This document shows positions 12,472-22,088 of a stretch of 64,000 nt of DNA, in pieces. Both the position numbers and the translations under genes were made by a program. Source of the DNA: Candidatus Omnitrophota bacterium (GTDB taxonomy: Bacteria > Omnitrophota > Gorgyraeia > Duberdicusellales > 4484-171). The stretch lies in contig WJJJ01000007.1 in NCBI GenBank assembly GCA_014729775.1, positions 30,302 to 94,301 of the forward strand. Reading direction: 5' to 3'. Position 1 is the stretch's first letter; the number at the start of each line of letters is the position of its first letter. The notes under the pieces are model-generated. The model saw only the letters and a program-made list of their open reading frames with translations, had not been told where the DNA came from and did no database searches.

Positions 12472-13906
12472 TTCTTTCGACATCCCGAATATCATTCTTA
12501 TTATTCCCCGAGGGGAGGCGGTACGAAATTTCCTGTACTCCGATACCCTTGCGGTACTGAGCGCGCATGCCCGGGTTACGCTGCTCTCGATTATCGACGA
12601 TGCGCGGTTCCTTGCCCGGTTCCGTCCGGCCGCGGAAAAGATCGTGCCGTTGGTGTCTTTCCATGAGCACCGTGCCCTTGCCTATCTTCGGGGAGTCATC
12701 CAGGAAGCGCATTTTCGCTGGATGTGGAGTAAGGTTGCGCAAAACCACTGGGAAACAAAGGATGCGAGGGCTGTACGTCCGGGCGAACGGCTTAAGTGGA
12801 CTGCGCTTAAAGCGGCTGCCCGGCTGGCGGCCAATTCTCCGTCGCTCACCGCCCTTACCAGATTGGAAAATTTCCTTACCTGGGCGATGCGACCCGATGA
12901 TGCATATCGCCGGGTGTTCGAGGCGGTGAAGCCGGATATCGTGTTTAATACCTCGCAAATCCATGGTCCGGCCGGAGATCTTCCGGTGAAGATCGCTCAT
13001 CGCTGCGGGATCCCTACGGCGTGTTTTATCTTTTCCTGGGATAATCCGACGTCGCGCAGCCGTATTACCGCTCCTTATGATTACTTCTTCGTGTGGAACC
13101 GGCACATGTGCGGGCAGATTCTTTCTTTGTATCCCCAGGTGCACCGTTCACAGGTGTTCGTTACCGGAACTCCCCAGTTTGATTTTCATTTTAAGCCGGA
13201 ATTCTGGCTGGAACGCAGAGACTTGTGCCGCCGGATCGGGGCCGATCCCGACCGGCCGTTCATCCTCTATACTACGGGAATGGATCGGGATTTCCCCGAA
13301 GAACATCGTACCGTCGAATATATCGCCCGGATCTTGCATACGATCGATGTATCCCCTCGGCCGCAGTTGATTGTGCGGACATACGTGAAAGGAACGAGTC
13401 CGCAGATGAATGCTCTGGCCGGACGGCGTCTGCCCGGCGTAATTTTCCCTCCTCAGCTGTGGGATGAAAAGTGGCTGTATACGCCGCGGTATGAGGATTT
13501 AGCGGTATACACCAGTCTTTTGCGGGAGTGCAGTGCGGGCATAAATGCGGCATCAACGGTTTCCCTGGAATTGATGATGCATGATAAGCCGGTGATCAAT
13601 TTAGCATTTAATCCGCCGGGGAGTACTCTGCCGCATCATTTACGGTGGAGGCGGCACATCGAGTACGACCATTACCGGCCTGTAGCGGAAAGCGGGGCGG
13701 TTGATGTTGCACGGTTTCCGGAAGATCTGCCTGGAATGATCCGGCGGAGTATATTACATCCTGAAGCGGGGCGTGAGCAGCGGGAGCAGTTTGTCCGCCG
13801 GATGTTTGCCGATACGCTGGACGGCAAATCCGGCATACGCGTGGCGCAAAAGTTGATCTCCGTCGCCGGATCCGCACATGGGTCCAGCCGGCATGACGAT
13901 ACGTAG
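12461..13906 (+). CDS. GT-B / CDP-glycerol-phosphotransferase-like protein, candidate ulosonic acid transferase
   Basis: SWDNPTSR, TGTPQFDFH and STVSLE motifs; directly follows neuA-neuB-HAD. Confidence 0.55.
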   Translation: MSGNSFDIPNIILIIPRGEAVRNFLYSDTLAVLSAHARVTLLSIIDDARFLARFRPAAEKIVPLVSFHEHRALAYLRGVIQEAHFRWMWSKVAQNHWETKDARAVRPGERLKWTALKAAARLAANSPSLTALTRLENFLTWAMRPDDAYRRVFEAVKPDIVFNTSQIHGPAGDLPVKIAHRCGIPTACFIFSWDNPTSRSRITAPYDYFFVWNRHMCGQILSLYPQVHRSQVFVTGTPQFDFHFKPEFWLERRDLCRRIGADPDRPFILYTTGMDRDFPEEHRTVEYIARILHTIDVSPRPQLIVRTYVKGTSPQMNALAGRRLPGVIFPPQLWDEKWLYTPRYEDLAVYTSLLRECSAGINAASTVSLELMMHDKPVINLAFNPPGSTLPHHLRWRRHIEYDHYRPVAESGAVDVARFPEDLPGMIRRSILHPEAGREQREQFVRRMFADTLDGKSGIRVAQKLISVAGSAHGSSRHDDT

Positions 13907-14900
13907 TATGAAGAACGGAAGCGGACTTCGTACCCGGATTTCCGTGGTGACTCCGACTCTTTTCCGTCCGGAGGAGGTCATGGGGCTGCTGGAGAACTTG
14001 TGCCGGCAGATTCTTCTGCCGGAGGAAGTGATCATCGTTGACGGCGCGCCGCAGGAGGAAAAATCTACGGAAGCGCGCGTGGTCCGGGCGCATGCGCGGC
14101 TCCCCTTTCGCTGTCATTATATCCGTGCCGGCGGCGGAACCGCGGTACAGCGGAATATCGGCATCGATGCTGCATCCGGAAACTTCCTTGCATTCATCGA
14201 CGACGATGTCCGCCTCGATCGGGATTTCTTTGAACGGATAGTGGAAGTGTTCGCAGACGATGACGGATGCCGGATCGGCGGAATTGCGGGGTATATCACA
14301 AATCAGTATTTTGATCCGCAGAGGTCTCTCCGTTGGAAGTGGTACCGGAGATTGAGGTTGTTGTCAACATATGAGCCGGGACGGTATGATTTCAATACAG
14401 GGTATCCCGTAAATAGGTATATGTATCCTCCTCATTCCGGCGTACGGAAAATCGATTTCATGGGAGCAAATTGTGCGGTGTGGCGCAAGGCGGTGTTTTC
14501 GCAAGGGTTCCGGTTCGATGAGTTCTTTGCTGATTACGGGGTGCTTGAAGACGTTCATTTTGCGCTGCGGGCCGGGAGAAAATGGGATCTGTATGAATGC
14601 GGGCGTGCCCGGTGTGTGCATTTACGCTCGCCGGGAGGACGGGTGAATTCCGGTCAAATGAATTATAAAACCGCCGTGAATTACCGGTACGTATTCGTTG
14701 ATGCCGTGCCTCGTCGTACCTGGAGGCAGGAGTGTGCCTTTTGGAGAATGCAGATTTTTGATTTGTGCCGACTGGCATACGTTGCGCTGCGTTCCGGGAA
14801 TCCGGCTGACTGGCATGCGGTCGGTGGAAAATGCGCAGGGATCAGGGACGCGGTCGGCGTAAGACCGCCGCCCCGGGGACCGGGGGAATGGCGCCGATGA
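13893..14900 (+). CDS. Family 2 glycosyltransferase
   Basis: ISVVTPT, QRNIGI, FIDDD and LEDVHF motifs; start position uncertain. Confidence 0.85.
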   Translation: MTIRSMKNGSGLRTRISVVTPTLFRPEEVMGLLENLCRQILLPEEVIIVDGAPQEEKSTEARVVRAHARLPFRCHYIRAGGGTAVQRNIGIDAASGNFLAFIDDDVRLDRDFFERIVEVFADDDGCRIGGIAGYITNQYFDPQRSLRWKWYRRLRLLSTYEPGRYDFNTGYPVNRYMYPPHSGVRKIDFMGANCAVWRKAVFSQGFRFDEFFADYGVLEDVHFALRAGRKWDLYECGRARCVHLRSPGGRVNSGQMNYKTAVNYRYVFVDAVPRRTWRQECAFWRMQIFDLCRLAYVALRSGNPADWHAVGGKCAGIRDAVGVRPPPRGPGEWRR

Positions 14901-15667
14901 CAATTTTTGAGTGGGGGTATCTTTTTGGCGCACCGTTTTTATTGCCGTTGCACCGGACGGTGCGAAAATTGCTGCGGGAGGTGACGGCACAGTATCCGTA
15001 CCGTCCGGAGGTGCTTGATGTGGGAGGGAGACAGTCTCCCTATACGATCGGGATCCCGGCAGACATTACTATTACCGATCTTGCCCGGTACAGCGCATTG
15101 CAACACCGGCTTCGGTTGGGACTGACTCCGGAGCTCATCAATAGGATACGGAGGCGACGGAGCAACGTGCGGCGTATTTTTTTCGACGACATGACCTGCT
15201 CGTCGATTCCGGACCGCGTATATGACGGGGTTGTTGCCGTCGAGGTGCTTGAGCATGTGGGGGACGGCGAAGCATTCGTCAACGAAGTGTGCCGGGTATT
15301 GAAGCCCGGCGGGATGTTCCTCATGACGACGCCCAATGCCGAATACCTGACAAGAACCGGGGGGAAGGCGGGAATGAATCCTGATGATAAACGGGTGTAT
15401 ACACGTATGGAATTACGCATGCTCCTCTCTCCGGGGTTTGAAAAGATCAGGATCGTTCCGGTCATCAATAAAAAGAGCCGTTGGCATTCGTGGGGGCTGC
15501 GCTCGTGGTCTTTGCGTCATCCGGCCGTAACCCTCATGAGCGCGCTGGGAAATTTTTTGAATTTTATCGGATCTTCCTCTACCCGACACTGCATCCGTGT
15601 CGAGGACGCAGGGCATTTGGCCGTGATTGCGAAAAAACGTATCGAAAAAGAATGCGACTTGCGGTAA
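14897..15667 (+). CDS. Class I SAM-dependent methyltransferase
   Basis: VLDVGG, EVLEHV and RVLKPGG..TTPN motifs. Confidence 0.8.
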   Translation: MTIFEWGYLFGAPFLLPLHRTVRKLLREVTAQYPYRPEVLDVGGRQSPYTIGIPADITITDLARYSALQHRLRLGLTPELINRIRRRRSNVRRIFFDDMTCSSIPDRVYDGVVAVEVLEHVGDGEAFVNEVCRVLKPGGMFLMTTPNAEYLTRTGGKAGMNPDDKRVYTRMELRMLLSPGFEKIRIVPVINKKSRWHSWGLRSWSLRHPAVTLMSALGNFLNFIGSSSTRHCIRVEDAGHLAVIAKKRIEKECDLR

Positions 15668-16812
15668 TTTCATACAAAACGTGTTGGATCAGCCCGCAGT
15701 CTCCTACCGGGTATGCGACCGACGGAGGGTTCCCTCTGCAAATGCAGGCGTTGGCACAGCTGTTCTCGGCAACCGAGGTTCTGGTTCCTTGTTCCGCCCG
15801 TCCGCCTGGTGCCGGAGAAATGCCGCTGAGCGGCAAAGCTCTGTCGGTAACTCCGCTTACAAGGCCGCCCGGCCGCGGCGGCGTGCGAAAAGGGTTATTG
15901 CTATACTGGCTGGTGCGCAACAGCGTCCGGCTGGTCCGGGCATTGCGCGCTGCCGATGCGGTCCATACCCCGGTGCCCGGAGATATCCCTGCAGCAGGAA
16001 TGATCATGGCTTTTCTCTTGCGTAAGCGGCTGTTCGTAAGGTACTGCGGGAATTGGTTCGTTCAGCGGACCTGGGCGGAGAAAATGATCAAGAAAGTAAT
16101 GGAGCGCACCGCGGGGGGGATTCGGGTGATGCTGGCAACCGGAGCCGGTGTGTATCCTCCGTCCGCAAACCGAGCGATACAATGGATTTTTGCGAGTACC
16201 CTCACTGAAAGAGAACTTCGGCAGGTGGGGCAACCCCGGGTGTATCCGCAGGACGGGGTCCGGCTGATCATCGTTGGGCGTCAGGAAACCACAAAAGGAA
16301 CCGACGTCCTGATCAGGAGCGTTCCGTTGCTCAAGCAGATCTATTCGCAAGTGTGCGTTGAAGTGGTAGGTGACGGCGCGGCGCTGGGTGACTTTCAGCA
16401 ATTGGCGCGGGAACTCTCTCTTGAGTCGGAGGTGCGGTTCCACGGACGGGTTGATCACGCAGGGGTACTCGCGCTGTTATCGCGGGCGACGGTGTTTTGT
16501 TGCCCGACTGTTTCGGAAGGGTTTCCCAAAAGTGTTCATGAGGCATTGGCCTGCGGTCTGCCGGTAGTCGCGACCAGGGTGGGCGCGTTGCCGTATCTGA
16601 TCGGACGCGGCAACTGCGGGGTGTTGATCGAACGGGCAGTTCCAGAAGAAGTTACGGCGGCAGTCCAGACAATCCTTGCCGATGAACAGCAATATCAGGA
16701 AATGTCAGCGCGTGCGGTGCGGACCGCTTCCGCATATTCCCTCGAGCGGTGGCGGGATCGTATCCGGGAGAGTTTAACCCAGGCCTGGGGGGCACTGAGC
16801 AAAACGGAATGA
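15652..16812 (+). CDS. Family 4 glycosyltransferase
   Basis: EGFPKSVHEALACGLPVVATRVG (EX7E motif). Confidence 0.88.
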   Translation: MRLAVISYKTCWISPQSPTGYATDGGFPLQMQALAQLFSATEVLVPCSARPPGAGEMPLSGKALSVTPLTRPPGRGGVRKGLLLYWLVRNSVRLVRALRAADAVHTPVPGDIPAAGMIMAFLLRKRLFVRYCGNWFVQRTWAEKMIKKVMERTAGGIRVMLATGAGVYPPSANRAIQWIFASTLTERELRQVGQPRVYPQDGVRLIIVGRQETTKGTDVLIRSVPLLKQIYSQVCVEVVGDGAALGDFQQLARELSLESEVRFHGRVDHAGVLALLSRATVFCCPTVSEGFPKSVHEALACGLPVVATRVGALPYLIGRGNCGVLIERAVPEEVTAAVQTILADEQQYQEMSARAVRTASAYSLERWRDRIRESLTQAWGALSKTE

Positions 16813-17963
16813 ATATGCAGCAGGATCTGCGGGGAATAAAAATCGATTTTCTGTCCGGGACACTGGAGCGGGGCGGTGCGGAACGGCAGTTGTGGTATAT
16901 GACGCGAGTGTGCGTTCAAGCGAAGATGCGGGTGCGGGTCCTGACGTTGAACCGGGGTGGTCCCTATGAGAGGATGCTCCGGGATGAAGGGGTCCCGGTG
17001 CTTTGGGTCGGGCAACCTCGGTCGCGGTTTCATCGGTTGTGGTCGATTATCCGGCAGACCCGTGCACACCGGCCGCATTGTATCCACAGTGCACATTTTT
17101 ACTCGAACTTGTATGCGGTGTGTGCGGCCCGGCTGTGCGGTGCTGCGGATATTGGCGCAATCCGGACCGATGTGGTGCACGAAGTCTCAACAATGCCGTT
17201 TTTAGGCCGGGCCGGCGTTCATCTGCCGCGATACCTGGTGGCGAATTCCGCTCAGGCGATCGAAACGTTGCGGGCCCGCGGGTTAAGAAAAAGATCTCTA
17301 TTCCTGTTGGAGAATGGGGTCGATACCGAGAAGTTTTCGCCGGCTGAACCGAATGATGACGATCCCCGGGCGCAGACCGAAATTTGTTTCGTGTGCGCAG
17401 GGTCCTGTGCGTCACAGAAACGGATTGATCTGTTCCTGTCCGCGCTTACACAAGTACGGAAGTCAGGATACCCGCGCGTACGCGGGATCGTGGCCGGCGA
17501 CGGTCCGTTGAGAGGAGTGCTTCAGCGGCAGGCCCGGGAACTGGGGTTAGGCGAAGATGCGGTGCAGTTCCTCGGTGAAGTCGGTGATATCCAGGAGGTG
17601 TACCGCAAGGCGGACGTGTGTGTATTGACGTCCGATTATGAAGGGATGCCGAATGTGGTGTTGGAAGCGATGGCCTGCGGGTTACCGGTCGTTGCGACCG
17701 CGGTCGGCGCGGTGCCGGATTTGCTGACGGATTCAGTGAACGGCTACGTAGTTGAGCGGGGAAACGTGACGATGCTGGCGGATCGTCTACGACGGCTGGT
17801 CCAAGACCCACGGCTTTGCCGGGAGATGGGGCAAAGGGCTCGTTCTTCGGTGAAAACCCGTTTTTCTCTCGCGGCGCTCAGCGCACGTGCGATCTCGTTG
17901 TATACGAGTATTCTCGCAAGAGAAGGCTCCCGGGGCAGAAGCTGGCCGGCGTTACGCCGGTGA
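16809..17963 (+). CDS. Family 4 glycosyltransferase
   Basis: GGAERQL, NGVD and EGMPNVVLEAMACGLPVV motifs. Confidence 0.9.
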   Translation: MNMQQDLRGIKIDFLSGTLERGGAERQLWYMTRVCVQAKMRVRVLTLNRGGPYERMLRDEGVPVLWVGQPRSRFHRLWSIIRQTRAHRPHCIHSAHFYSNLYAVCAARLCGAADIGAIRTDVVHEVSTMPFLGRAGVHLPRYLVANSAQAIETLRARGLRKRSLFLLENGVDTEKFSPAEPNDDDPRAQTEICFVCAGSCASQKRIDLFLSALTQVRKSGYPRVRGIVAGDGPLRGVLQRQARELGLGEDAVQFLGEVGDIQEVYRKADVCVLTSDYEGMPNVVLEAMACGLPVVATAVGAVPDLLTDSVNGYVVERGNVTMLADRLRRLVQDPRLCREMGQRARSSVKTRFSLAALSARAISLYTSILAREGSRGRSWPALRR

Positions 17964-17975
17964 GGAGGTGAACCT

Positions 17976-19370
17976 ATGCGTTTTCAGATAGAGAATATCG
18001 GAATTACTCCGCGGCCGACGTTGGCTTTTTTCCTCGTCCACATTGGGTTGGGATTGATGTTTGTTCTTGGGGGGCTGCCTGCTGCCGCCGCTGTCCATTC
18101 CCTTATTGTCCTTTTGCTGGGAGTTATGTGTGCCCTAAAAGGACGGGATGTGTGGGTTGCCTGTATCATAAGCTATATTATGGGTGCGGAGGTGCTTTGG
18201 CGGATGGGGGGCGGGGGGATCGTCTGGGAAATGGCAAAATACGGCGTGACGCTTATTTTGACGATCGCTCTCCTGATTAAGCCTTCCCGCATTCGATCGC
18301 CGGCCGCGCTCGTGACATATTTTCTCTTGTTACTGCCCGCGATTCTCGATGCTCCGGCGGAGTCATTTACCCAATGGAAAGAAGCGGTGAGCTTTAACCT
18401 TTCCGGTCCATTGTCGCTGCTGCTGTGCGGAATATTCTTTTCAAAAATGGAGTTTGAAACAGACGATCTCAAACGGTTTTTTTCATGGTTCCTGGCACCG
18501 GTCGCCGGGGTTGCTGCGGTTTCGGCCTTCTCTCTTACGCAGGCGGAAAATATTCAGTGGGGAAGAGCTTCGGTATACGCGGCCAGTGCGGGATTTGGAC
18601 CGAACCAGGTATCCAGTGTGTTGGGGACCGGCGCGTTTTTTTGTGTGATTGCCTATGTACTGTATACCCGGAAGCCGTTGATTAAAACGATTTTATTGGT
18701 ATCCGGAATATGGTTCATTACCCAGGCCTTCTTGACGTTTTCGAGGGGAGGGGTTATTCAGTCCATCCTGGCGGTCGGCCTGTTTTTTGTTTATTTAATA
18801 CGGGCCCGGGGCGGACGCTATTTTATTCCGATCACGATGTTAGCAGTTTCCCTGGTGTGTTTTGGGATATATTACCTGATCCCAAAATTGGATGAATTCA
18901 CTCAAGGGGGGCTTACGCAACGATACCAGGAACGTGAACAGGTCGGCGGCGTGGAATTACTTGATACTACCGGACGGTGGGAACTCGTCCAGGCCGATTT
19001 GCAGATTTTCCTTACGCATCCAATGGGGAGCGGGGTCGGGCGCTTGCGCTCGCTGCATAAAAAGATCCTGGGAACTCGTAAAGCGGCGCATACCGAATGG
19101 ACCAGGATGCTGGCCGAGCACGGCTGGCCTGGATTACTGGCGATTATCGCGCTCGCGGTGTGGGCATGGAAGCAGTATCGGGCAACCCGGGATCCGTTTT
19201 TGAAAGCCGTTAAAGCGTCATTCTTCTTCTCTGCGGCGGTGTTTATGGGGCATGCGGCGATGCGCCTGGTCCTTCCCGGTGTGCTCATTGGATTTCTAGG
19301 CGGGTGCAGGCGCGCGGAGGACGGTGTGCATGCTGAAAGAATATCGGAAGGGAGAACCCGCCGTTTATGA
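17976..19370 (+). CDS. Wzy/O-antigen ligase family polytopic membrane protein (probable polymerase)
   Basis: About 11-12 hydrophobic segments; TFSRGG, GSGVG and AHTEWTRMLAEHG motifs. Confidence 0.8.
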   Translation: MRFQIENIGITPRPTLAFFLVHIGLGLMFVLGGLPAAAAVHSLIVLLLGVMCALKGRDVWVACIISYIMGAEVLWRMGGGGIVWEMAKYGVTLILTIALLIKPSRIRSPAALVTYFLLLLPAILDAPAESFTQWKEAVSFNLSGPLSLLLCGIFFSKMEFETDDLKRFFSWFLAPVAGVAAVSAFSLTQAENIQWGRASVYAASAGFGPNQVSSVLGTGAFFCVIAYVLYTRKPLIKTILLVSGIWFITQAFLTFSRGGVIQSILAVGLFFVYLIRARGGRYFIPITMLAVSLVCFGIYYLIPKLDEFTQGGLTQRYQEREQVGGVELLDTTGRWELVQADLQIFLTHPMGSGVGRLRSLHKKILGTRKAAHTEWTRMLAEHGWPGLLAIIALAVWAWKQYRATRDPFLKAVKASFFFSAAVFMGHAAMRLVLPGVLIGFLGGCRRAEDGVHAERISEGRTRRL

Positions 19371-20359
19371 AGATTCTCACGGTGACCAGTGAATGGCCTA
19401 CCCCGACATCTCCGGGGCGCGTGCCGTTTCTCGTCCAGCGGATCAAGTACTTGCGGCGGGAAGGGGTGGAAACAAAAGTGTTCTTCTTCCGCGGAAATAA
19501 AAACCCGTTGAATTACCTTGCCGCTCATCGATGTTTGCGGCGGAAGTATGATCTCAGGCAGTTCGATGTGGTCCATGCTCATTTTGGACAGAGCGGGCTG
19601 GTCACGCTGCCGTCTCCGCGGCCGGTGGTGGTGACTTTTTACGGCAGTGACCTGCAGGGAATCGTCACACCGTCCGGAAGCTATTCATGGAAAGGAATCG
19701 CGAGCCGGGAATTGGGACGGATGATCGCCAGACAGGCGACGAAAGTAGTGGTCGTGGCGCGAAGGCTGGCTGAATATCTGCCTTCGGAAGTATCCCCGGA
19801 GGTCATCCCCTGCGGCGTGGATCGTGAATTGTTTTTTCCCGTTCCTCGGACAGAGGCGCGGGCCCGCTTAGGATGGTCTCAAGAAAAGCGCGTAGTACTA
19901 TTTGCGGCAGATCCGCGGCGGCCAGTCAAACGGTATAAGCTGGCCCAGGAGTCGATTTCCCGTGTGCCGGCGCTCGGCGAGGTAGAGCTGTGTGTGTTGG
20001 CTGACGTGCCGCATGAGCAGGTTCCGTGGTATATGAATGCGAGCGATGCCCTTGTGCTTACTTCGCGGCATGAAGGGTCTCCTACCGTTGTGCGTGAAGC
20101 TCTGGCGTGCGATCTGCCCGTGGTTTCGGTTGATGTCGGCGACGTGCGGGAATCTGTTCACGGGATCGACGGGTGCCATGTTTGTGAAGAGGCCTCTCCC
20201 GGATGCATTGCGCGTGCGTTATCCCGCGTTCTTGGCCCGCGACGGCGGGTGGACGGTCGGCCCGCGGCCGCAGTGTATGACGAAAAACGCTTGGCGCAGA
20301 AACTCATTTCGCTCTACCGTGCGGCGCAGAGTGTAACGAGGAGGCCTGAGGACGCATGA
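19367..20359 (+). CDS. Family 4 glycosyltransferase (TuaC-like)
   Basis: VHAHFG, FYGSD and EGSPTVVREALACDLPVVS motifs. Confidence 0.87.
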   Translation: MKILTVTSEWPTPTSPGRVPFLVQRIKYLRREGVETKVFFFRGNKNPLNYLAAHRCLRRKYDLRQFDVVHAHFGQSGLVTLPSPRPVVVTFYGSDLQGIVTPSGSYSWKGIASRELGRMIARQATKVVVVARRLAEYLPSEVSPEVIPCGVDRELFFPVPRTEARARLGWSQEKRVVLFAADPRRPVKRYKLAQESISRVPALGEVELCVLADVPHEQVPWYMNASDALVLTSRHEGSPTVVREALACDLPVVSVDVGDVRESVHGIDGCHVCEEASPGCIARALSRVLGPRRRVDGRPAAAVYDEKRLAQKLISLYRAAQSVTRRPEDA

Positions 20360-21408
20360 ATCAGCCGTTTGTATCGGTGGTGATGCCTTGTGCAAATGAA
20401 ATAGATTTTATTTCTAAGTCTCTCGGTTCGCTGTTGCGGACCGAGTATCCGATGCACCGGTTGGAAATATTAGTTGTGCTCGACAGCTACAGCGACGACG
20501 GGACAAGAGCCGTGGTAAAGCAGCTGCACGAAGTTCATTCGCAAATACGACTGGTTGAAAATCCGTATCGGATTGTTCCTGTTGCGATGAACATCGGGAT
20601 TCGTGCGGCAAAAGGAGAAATTATCGTGCGGGTCGATGCTCATACTGAGTATCCGCCGGAGTATATTTGTAAATGCGTGGAATATCTTGAGAAGACCGAT
20701 GCCTGGTGTGTGGGCGGGCCGTTTTATAACGTTCCCGCCACGAATACATTGATGGCCAAGGTGATCTCCGCGGTGCTCTCTTGTCCGTTCCTTGTCGCCG
20801 ACGCCCGGTTCCGGACGAAGCAGAAACCGATGTATGTGGAGACGGTTCCCTACGGCGCATTTCGTAGGGAAGTGTTTGATCGTGTAGGATTTTACGACGA
20901 GCGCCTGACCCGGCATCAGGATTTTGAATTATGCCGCAGGATTTCACGGGCCGGAGGTAAGATTTTTCTTACACCGGAAATAAAAAATTATTATTATCCC
21001 CGCAAGACCCTCCGCGCGTTTCTGCGTATGGCGGTCCAAAACGGGTATTGGGATGCGGTGAGCACCGGGTTGTGTCCCCACTCCTTTGCCTGGCGGCACT
21101 TTGTGCCCGGGCCGTTTTTTTTGGGAACGGTTGCGGGAATCGGATGTGTGGTGATTGGCGCAGCCACCGGGGACCCGGTGTGGTTCCTCGGCGCGGCACC
21201 GGTAGCTCTTTACTTCGGGTTGGCGTGCTTTTTTTCCGCTTCTCTTTGCAGAATGCATCGATTCGGCGTTGCGGCGTTTTCCCTGATCCCGTTCGTGTGT
21301 TTTCTCTTTCATTTTTGGTTTGGTTTCGGACTGATCAAAGGGCTGGCGCAGTGGCTTTGTATCCGATGGCCGCGGGAACGCAGTGAAAGGGGAACGAATA
21401 CAGATTGA
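20356..21408 (+). CDS. Family 2 glycosyltransferase (ExoA-like)
   Basis: VRVDAH, ETVPYGAFRR, DERLTRHQD and WRHFVP motifs; C-terminal TM helices. Confidence 0.87.
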   Translation: MNQPFVSVVMPCANEIDFISKSLGSLLRTEYPMHRLEILVVLDSYSDDGTRAVVKQLHEVHSQIRLVENPYRIVPVAMNIGIRAAKGEIIVRVDAHTEYPPEYICKCVEYLEKTDAWCVGGPFYNVPATNTLMAKVISAVLSCPFLVADARFRTKQKPMYVETVPYGAFRREVFDRVGFYDERLTRHQDFELCRRISRAGGKIFLTPEIKNYYYPRKTLRAFLRMAVQNGYWDAVSTGLCPHSFAWRHFVPGPFFLGTVAGIGCVVIGAATGDPVWFLGAAPVALYFGLACFFSASLCRMHRFGVAAFSLIPFVCFLFHFWFGFGLIKGLAQWLCIRWPRERSERGTNTD

Positions 21409-22031
21409 TGAGTGATGTGCAGAGAGAATATCGTCTCAAGCGACCGGTTGATTTTTTTCTGGGGGTCCTCGCAGTTTTTCTCTCTCTGCCCCTATGGGGG
21501 TTGTGTGCCTACGCGGTGCTGGCGGAGGACGGCCGCCCGGTATTTTACGGACAATATCGGATTGGGCGAGCCGGGCGAAGGTTTCGGGTATTTAAATTCC
21601 GGTCGATGATCAAAAATGCCGAAGCGCTGACCGGGCCTGTATTCGCTCAGGAGAATGATTCCCGGTTGACCAAGACCGGCCAGGTCATGCGGGCGACCGC
21701 GCTGGATGAACTTCCGCAAATATTGAGTATTCTCAAAGGAGATATGAGTTTTGTCGGACCTCGGCCGGAGCGTCCCGAATTCGTGGCGACGTTTGCGGCC
21801 GAAGTGAGAAATTATATGATGCGGCATGCCGTCCGTCCCGGGTTAACGGGAGTTGCTCAGATTTTCGGGCAATACGATACCCCACCGCGGCATAAACTCC
21901 GTTATGATCTGTTCTACATAAGGAGGCAGAGTTTACTGTTCGATTTGGTTCTCATTACTATTTCTTTGTATCTGAGCATATGCGGAAAATGGAGGTTTCG
22001 CCGGCGAAAGTTTCCTCGGCGGTATCGATAA
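21408..22031 (+). CDS. Priming phosphoglycosyl (sugar) transferase, Bac_transf family
   Basis: FKFRSM, LDELPQ, MSFVGPRPE and RPGLTGVAQ motifs. Confidence 0.92.
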   Translation: MSDVQREYRLKRPVDFFLGVLAVFLSLPLWGLCAYAVLAEDGRPVFYGQYRIGRAGRRFRVFKFRSMIKNAEALTGPVFAQENDSRLTKTGQVMRATALDELPQILSILKGDMSFVGPRPERPEFVATFAAEVRNYMMRHAVRPGLTGVAQIFGQYDTPPRHKLRYDLFYIRRQSLLFDLVLITISLYLSICGKWRFRRRKFPRRYR

Positions 22032-22037
22032 AAGGTG

Positions 22038-22066
22038 TTGCGTTGTTTCATCTCTCCCCGTAGAAT
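22038..22066 (+). promoter_or_regulatory. Probable sigma70 promoter
   Basis: TTGCGT-17 nt-TAGAAT upstream of a GGGAG RBS and ATG 22089. Confidence 0.55.
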
Positions 22067-22088
22067 AATATCGGGGGGAGAAAGGGTT

